In this document: piece by piece, positions 62,465 to 64,000 of the stretch | Layout: each line of letters opens with the position of its first letter | How positions within the stretch are numbered: position 1 is the first letter of the stretch | DNA from: Clostridia bacterium | GTDB lineage: Bacteria > Bacillota > SHA-98 > UBA4971 | Length of the DNA: 64,000 bases | Assembly (NCBI GenBank): GCA_050261175.1 | Contig: JBLNDA010000059.1 | Coordinates: forward strand, 6,195 to 70,194 | Direction of reading: 5' to 3' | Program-made: the position numbers and the translations under genes | Notes under the pieces: model-generated | Databases searched by the model: none | Told to the model about the DNA's origin: nothing | The model's input: the letters and a program-made list of their open reading frames with translations, nothing else

Positions 62465-64000
62465 TCACGCCTCACCCACGTTCCTGCCAAGCACGCTCAA
62501 GCCGCGCCACAGGCTGTAAGCCAGGAACCCCGCCGCGCTCGCAAAGGCCGCTCCGGTCTTGGCCGTGCCGGTCTGCTCATCTATGGTCTCGCACGCAAAC
62601 CCGAAATCCATGGGCGCGGAGGTCAGGAGGTCAACCGCGTCCCTCAGAGCACAGAGGTCACAAAGCCCGGTCGCGTCACACGCAGAGACCTCGGCCAGGA
62701 TGGAATTGGCCGCCGCCAGAGGCCACGGGTGCGGCGAGTGGGCCGAACACGGGGCTGCGAAACGCCCCTCGATGAAATAAGGGTTGTGACGCGAGCGTAT
62801 CCAGCGCCGGGTATTAGCCAGGATGGCCGCCCCGTCTCCGTCGGGGAGGTAGCCATAATATCCTACCAGCTCGAGACTTCCCGGAGGGTTGTCATAGAGC
62901 TCGACCCCAGTGCGCCGCAACCCTGCGCGTTCGCCCCCGCTTTCGCCATCGTCCTCAACACCGGACGCGTCTTCGCGCTCTCCGTCCGGCAGGACGGCCC
63001 GCCTATCGCGGCGGCTGGCGTCTTCGCCGGCGGCGCCACCCTCTCCGGGTGCGGCTCCCCGCCCGCCGACGGGGCCTGCAGCCGGGCGGATGCCCCGCGC
63101 CACGCCGGGCGCCAGGCCGACCGACCACGCGTACATCGGTCCGAAGGGGCCATCCACCACGCAATGGCGGCGGATAGCCTCGCCGACGGCCTCCGCCGCG
63201 TCCCGCAGCCGGCGGGCCTCTTCTCTGAGTCCATCGCGCGTGCACGGGTCGCGAAACGAAAGACCGCCGCCGTGAATGCCATCGCGGTCATCCATGCAGT
63301 CGGCGCCACGAGCAGCGCCGGTGCCCAAGTCAGCGCCGGGACCGAAGCCGGGGCCGCGGTCAAGACCGGCGCCCGCCCCGCTTCCGGCGAGGCGGTCCAG
63401 CGCGTCGGCCGCAACCTGCCATGCCTTCCTGACGAGCACGTTGTCGTACGTGAGGAACGGGAATTCGACTTGGTCGTCGGAGGGGTCGAGGAAGGTTCCG
63501 CACAAGACGGGGCTACCGTCGCGTGATCGGAGAGCCCACTTGTCGATCTCGGCGAGGACGCGCCTCATGCCCTCCAGCACCTGCGGCACCTCGAGGATGT
63601 CGAAGTCGCAAGTCCAGTCGAGGTACGTCCCGAGGCCCACAAGGAAAGCCGCCGCCTCGTCCAGCTCGAACCCTGGATAGAGCGAGCGCCCGTCCATGTA
63701 CTGGGCGTGGTCTCCGGCATGCATGGTCCCCACCGACAGCGAGTAGAGCAACACCTCACGCGCCCTCACGCGGTCGATGAGCACCAGTCCGGGGAGAGCC
63801 CAGAGGAGCACGTCTCTAGCCCAAAACGCTGCGCTCACGTAGTAGCGCGGGCTCCGTGACGTGATCGCCACGACCTCCTCCGAGTCCAGGGTCCTCCCAG
63901 TCGCGAAGAACCGGCAGAAGAAGAGGTTCCTGTTGAGAACGGACTCCTCTTTCCCGCCGCGCTTGCCGGGCACCGGAACGCGACGCTCTGCGAGCCACGC
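62465..64000 (-). CDS. (alpha/alpha)6 glycoside hydrolase, GH125-like (5' end beyond window)
   Basis: AFWARD, FELDE, DPSDD, FACET; frame open to the window edge. Confidence 0.65.
   Translation of the reverse strand, partial: AWLAERRVPVPGKRGGKEESVLNRNLFFCRFFATGRTLDSEEVVAITSRSPRYYVSAAFWARDVLLWALPGLVLIDRVRAREVLLYSLSVGTMHAGDHAQYMDGRSLYPGFELDEAAAFLVGLGTYLDWTCDFDILEVPQVLEGMRRVLAEIDKWALRSRDGSPVLCGTFLDPSDDQVEFPFLTYDNVLVRKAWQVAADALDRLAGSGAGAGLDRGPGFGPGADLGTGAARGADCMDDRDGIHGGGLSFRDPCTRDGLREEARRLRDAAEAVGEAIRRHCVVDGPFGPMYAWSVGLAPGVARGIRPAAGPVGGRGAAPGEGGAAGEDASRRDRRAVLPDGEREDASGVEDDGESGGERAGLRRTGVELYDNPPGSLELVGYYGYLPDGDGAAILANTRRWIRSRHNPYFIEGRFAAPCSAHSPHPWPLAAANSILAEVSACDATGLCDLCALRDAVDLLTSAPMDFGFACETIDEQTGTAKTGAAFASAAGFLAYSLWRGLSVLGRNVGEA

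Overview
High-GC chromosomal segment of an endospore-forming Bacillota. It is probably a diderm, Limnochordia-like lineage; this is inferred from secreted binding proteins that lack lipoboxes. No mobile elements, integrase, CRISPR array, rRNA or tRNA were seen. Left part: HD hydrolase, LysM protein, tandem FMN-binding protein, FapA/DUF342, OsmC, pdaB-like deacetylase, beta-CASP RNase, mgtE, MarR-MATE, cadC-cadA, aspA and a GH31 glucosidase. Centre: tmRNA-smpB, hppA, secG, cggR-gap-pgk-tpi-eno, rpoN, whiA, spmAB, yvcK-rapZ and an amino-sugar salvage cluster. Right part: a five-gene alpha-glucan cluster (two GH57 branching enzymes, DUF4912, NTP-transferase/mutase fusion, GT4) and a c-di-AMP-riboswitch-controlled peptide ABC transporter. 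Best leads: (1) the GH57/GT4 cluster has sigF/sigG-type promoters on all three transcription units, suggesting a forespore glycogen-like pathway without glgABC; (2) the ABC solute-binding protein is circularly permuted; (3) mgtE has a leader that is not an M-box, with a uORF, a 19-bp stem and an attenuator; (4) an unannotated 41-aa membrane peptide lies just after tmRNA. All calls come from motif recognition by eye; no database searches were run.
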